Assembly: GCF_009914755.1 (NCBI RefSeq)
Contig: NC_060941.1
Reading direction: 5' to 3' (one strand)
Source: the human T2T-CHM13v2.0 reference genome, Homo sapiens
Length of the DNA stretch: 64,000 nucleotides
In this document: positions 61,490-64,000 of the stretch, in pieces
Layout of the letters: every line of letters begins with the position of its first letter
Position numbering within the stretch: position 1 is the stretch's first letter
Translations under genes and position numbers: made by a program
Notes under the pieces: model-generated
Seen by the model: the letters and a program-made list of their open reading frames with translations, nothing else
Told to the model about the DNA's origin: nothing
Databases searched by the model: none

Positions 61490-64000
61490 AGCCCTAAGTA
61501 TTTTTGAATGAGTATAATTCATGCACACTTTAAGAGATTTCAAGCATGACAAGTACAGTGAATAACATATATCCATGTGATTACCACTGAGGTTTAAGAA
61601 ATGTTAACATATGATATCTGCTTCAGATATTTATCTTTTTAAAAATAGAACATTACAGCTGGGCATGGTGGCTCACACTTGTAATCCCAGCACTTTGGGA
61701 GGCTGAGGCTGGTGGATCACCTGAGGTCGGGAGTTCGAGACCAGCCTGGCTGACATGGAGAAACCCCGTCTCTACTAAAAATACAAAATTAGCCGGGCGT
61801 GGTGGCACATGCCTGTAATCCCAGCTACTCGAGAGGCTGAGGCAGGAGAATCGCTTGAACCTGGGAGGCAGAGGTTGCGGTGAGCGAGATCACAACTCCA
61901 GCCTGGGCCACAAGAGTGAAACTCAGTCTCAAAAATAATAATAATAAATAAAAAATAGAACATTACAGATCCAATTGACTCTTCTTTGTATTGCTCCTTT
62001 TTTTTTTTTTTTTTTAGTTTTATTTAAAAATTTTTTTTAGAGGCTGAGTCTCACTTGGTGGCCTGGGCTGGAGTGCAGTGGCGCAGTCATAGCTCACTGC
62101 AGCTTCACACTCCTGAGCTCGAGCAATCTTCCTGCTTCAGCTTCCTGAGTAGCTTGGACTAGCAGAGGTGTGCCACCACATCTGGCTAATTAAAAAAAAG
62201 TTTTTAGAGATAGGATCTCTCTGTGTTGCTCAGGTTAGTCTCAACACCTGGCCTCAAGTGATCCTCCCACCTCAGCCTCCTGAGTAGCTGTGGTTGTAGG
62301 TGGCAGCCACCACACCTGGCAGTATCCCTTCTTGAGACCACTGACCTTTCCCAGAAGTAATCACTGTCCTGAAGTTGGTATAGATTCTTTCTGTCTACAT
62401 CTATGCATGTTTATGCTCAAAAACAATATATTGCTTTGTGTGTCTTTAAAATGTATATAATGGTTTTATGCTATATCTTTCTTTCTGCAACCTGCATTTT
62501 TCACTTAAAATAATTTTGAAATTTAGTCCTGTGGATATATAGTGAGCCAATTAATTCTGCTTAGCTACTCTGTAGTCTGTTTTGTGAATATACCACAATC
62601 ATCTACTTTCTTATTAGAGGACAATTTAGGCAGTTCCAATTTTATTTTTCCCGGAATGTACATTATTTTAGTCGAGTGCCATTGCCACATTAGCGATATT
62701 TTGGTTAGTGAGGGACTGCAGATAGGAAGGTGATCCCAAAAGATTATAATGCCATATATTTACTCTACCTTTCTATATTTACATATGTTTAGTTACACAA
62801 TTACCCATTATGTTACAGTTGCTTACAGCATTTGGTGCTGTAACATGCTGTACAGGTTTGTAGCCTAGGAGCAATAGGCTATACCGTATAGGTTTGTGTA
62901 AGTACGCTCTATGATATTCATATAACGATGAAATCACCTAGTGACACATTTCTCAGAATGTATCCCTATTGTTAAGCAACACATGAGTGTGTGTCTCCAT
63001 GCATATATGTGTAAGAGTTAGCATGTGTGTCCAGAGGTAGAATTGCTGGGCGATAAGTCATACTCATCTTTACCTAGTTATGCCAGTTTATACTGTCACT
63101 AGCAGTATATGAGTACCTGTTATTTATATCCTCTCCAACACTTAATATTGCTGACATTTTAACTTTTACAATATAATAGGTGTAAAACTATTGTTTAAAT
63201 TTGCATGTTGTCCTCATTACTAGTGAGATTAAGCATTTTTCATATTGGTCATTGGGATTTCCCCTTCTGTGAATTACTTTTGTATATTTGCTCATTTTTT
63301 CTGTTGGGCTGTGTATTTTTTTAGTGATTTGTATAATTTTTCGTTTTTTGGGGGGTAGGGTATGCTTTGGATTCTAATCCTTTGTTGTAAATAGCTTCTC
63401 TCAGACAGTGATGGTCTTTTCATGATGTTTATAGAGTGTTGGATTTAAATTTTATAGTTATAATTACCCTTTTTTTTTTTTTACCTTGGTGATTTGTGCT
63501 TTTATGTGTTTTTCAGGAAATCTTTCTCCACCCTGAAGTCATTTTCTTATAAAAGTTTTAAAATTTTGCCTTGCACATTTTGGTGATTGATCAGGAATTT
63601 ATTTTTGTGTTTGGTGTGAATTATGAACTAATTTTATCTTTTCCATATGTATAACCAGTTGTCTCAATATCATTTATTGAGTCCATTTTTTTCCTTTACT
63701 GATTTGCAATGCTATCTCTGTATTATATCCAGTTCCCATATACGTGTGGGTCTAAGTGTCGACTCTATTCCGTTTCATAATTCTTTTTGTCCATATTTGC
63801 ATCAATAACACTGTTTTAATTGCTGTAGCTTTAAAATTATTCTTGTTATTTCATAGGGCGTACTTTCATTACCTTTCTTAATTTGGCATTTCTTGGCTCT
63901 TTTCCGTATGAATTCTGGGAACAACTTAATCCCCACTCCTTTAAAAAAAAAAAAAAAGACACTTTGGCCTGGCATGGTGGCTCACACGTGTAATCCTAGC
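61490..64000. mobile_element. Old L1ME (-) with Alus 61658-61955(+), 61998-62320(-), 63966-end and a Tigger3a-like element ~62675-62989
   Basis: Tigger3 motif tgctgtacaggtttgtagcctaggagcaataggctata; TSD aaaaatagaacattaca. Confidence 0.78.

Overview
Human (primate) genomic DNA, Alu-saturated, from the 17q21.31 segmental-duplication cluster. It holds (i) the last nine coding exons of an LRRC37A gene on + (two LRR exons, a Cys-rich cap, a 1532-nt exon, a TM exon and four tail exons, stop at 17719); (ii) a complete ARL17 gene on - (non-coding exon 1 at ~41.7 kb; coding exons 38232-38379, 32816-32926 and 19496-19770 = 177 aa); (iii) a FAM215-type ORF inside ARL17 intron 3; and (iv) the CpG-island promoter, 12-nt coding exon 1 (MAGR) and start of intron 1 of NSF. 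This order fits LRRC37A2-ARL17A-NSF or its near-identical duplicate LRRC37A-ARL17B-NSFP1, and I cannot separate the two with certainty. I found no wholly new biological system. The most interesting structure is ARL17 itself: it looks like the 5' half of the lost human ARF2 gene, apparently cut at an Alu-marked junction ~150 bp past exon 3 and spliced to a terminal exon that seems to come from an old MaLR LTR. Gene and repeat family names are recalled from memory; no alignment or RepeatMasker run was possible.
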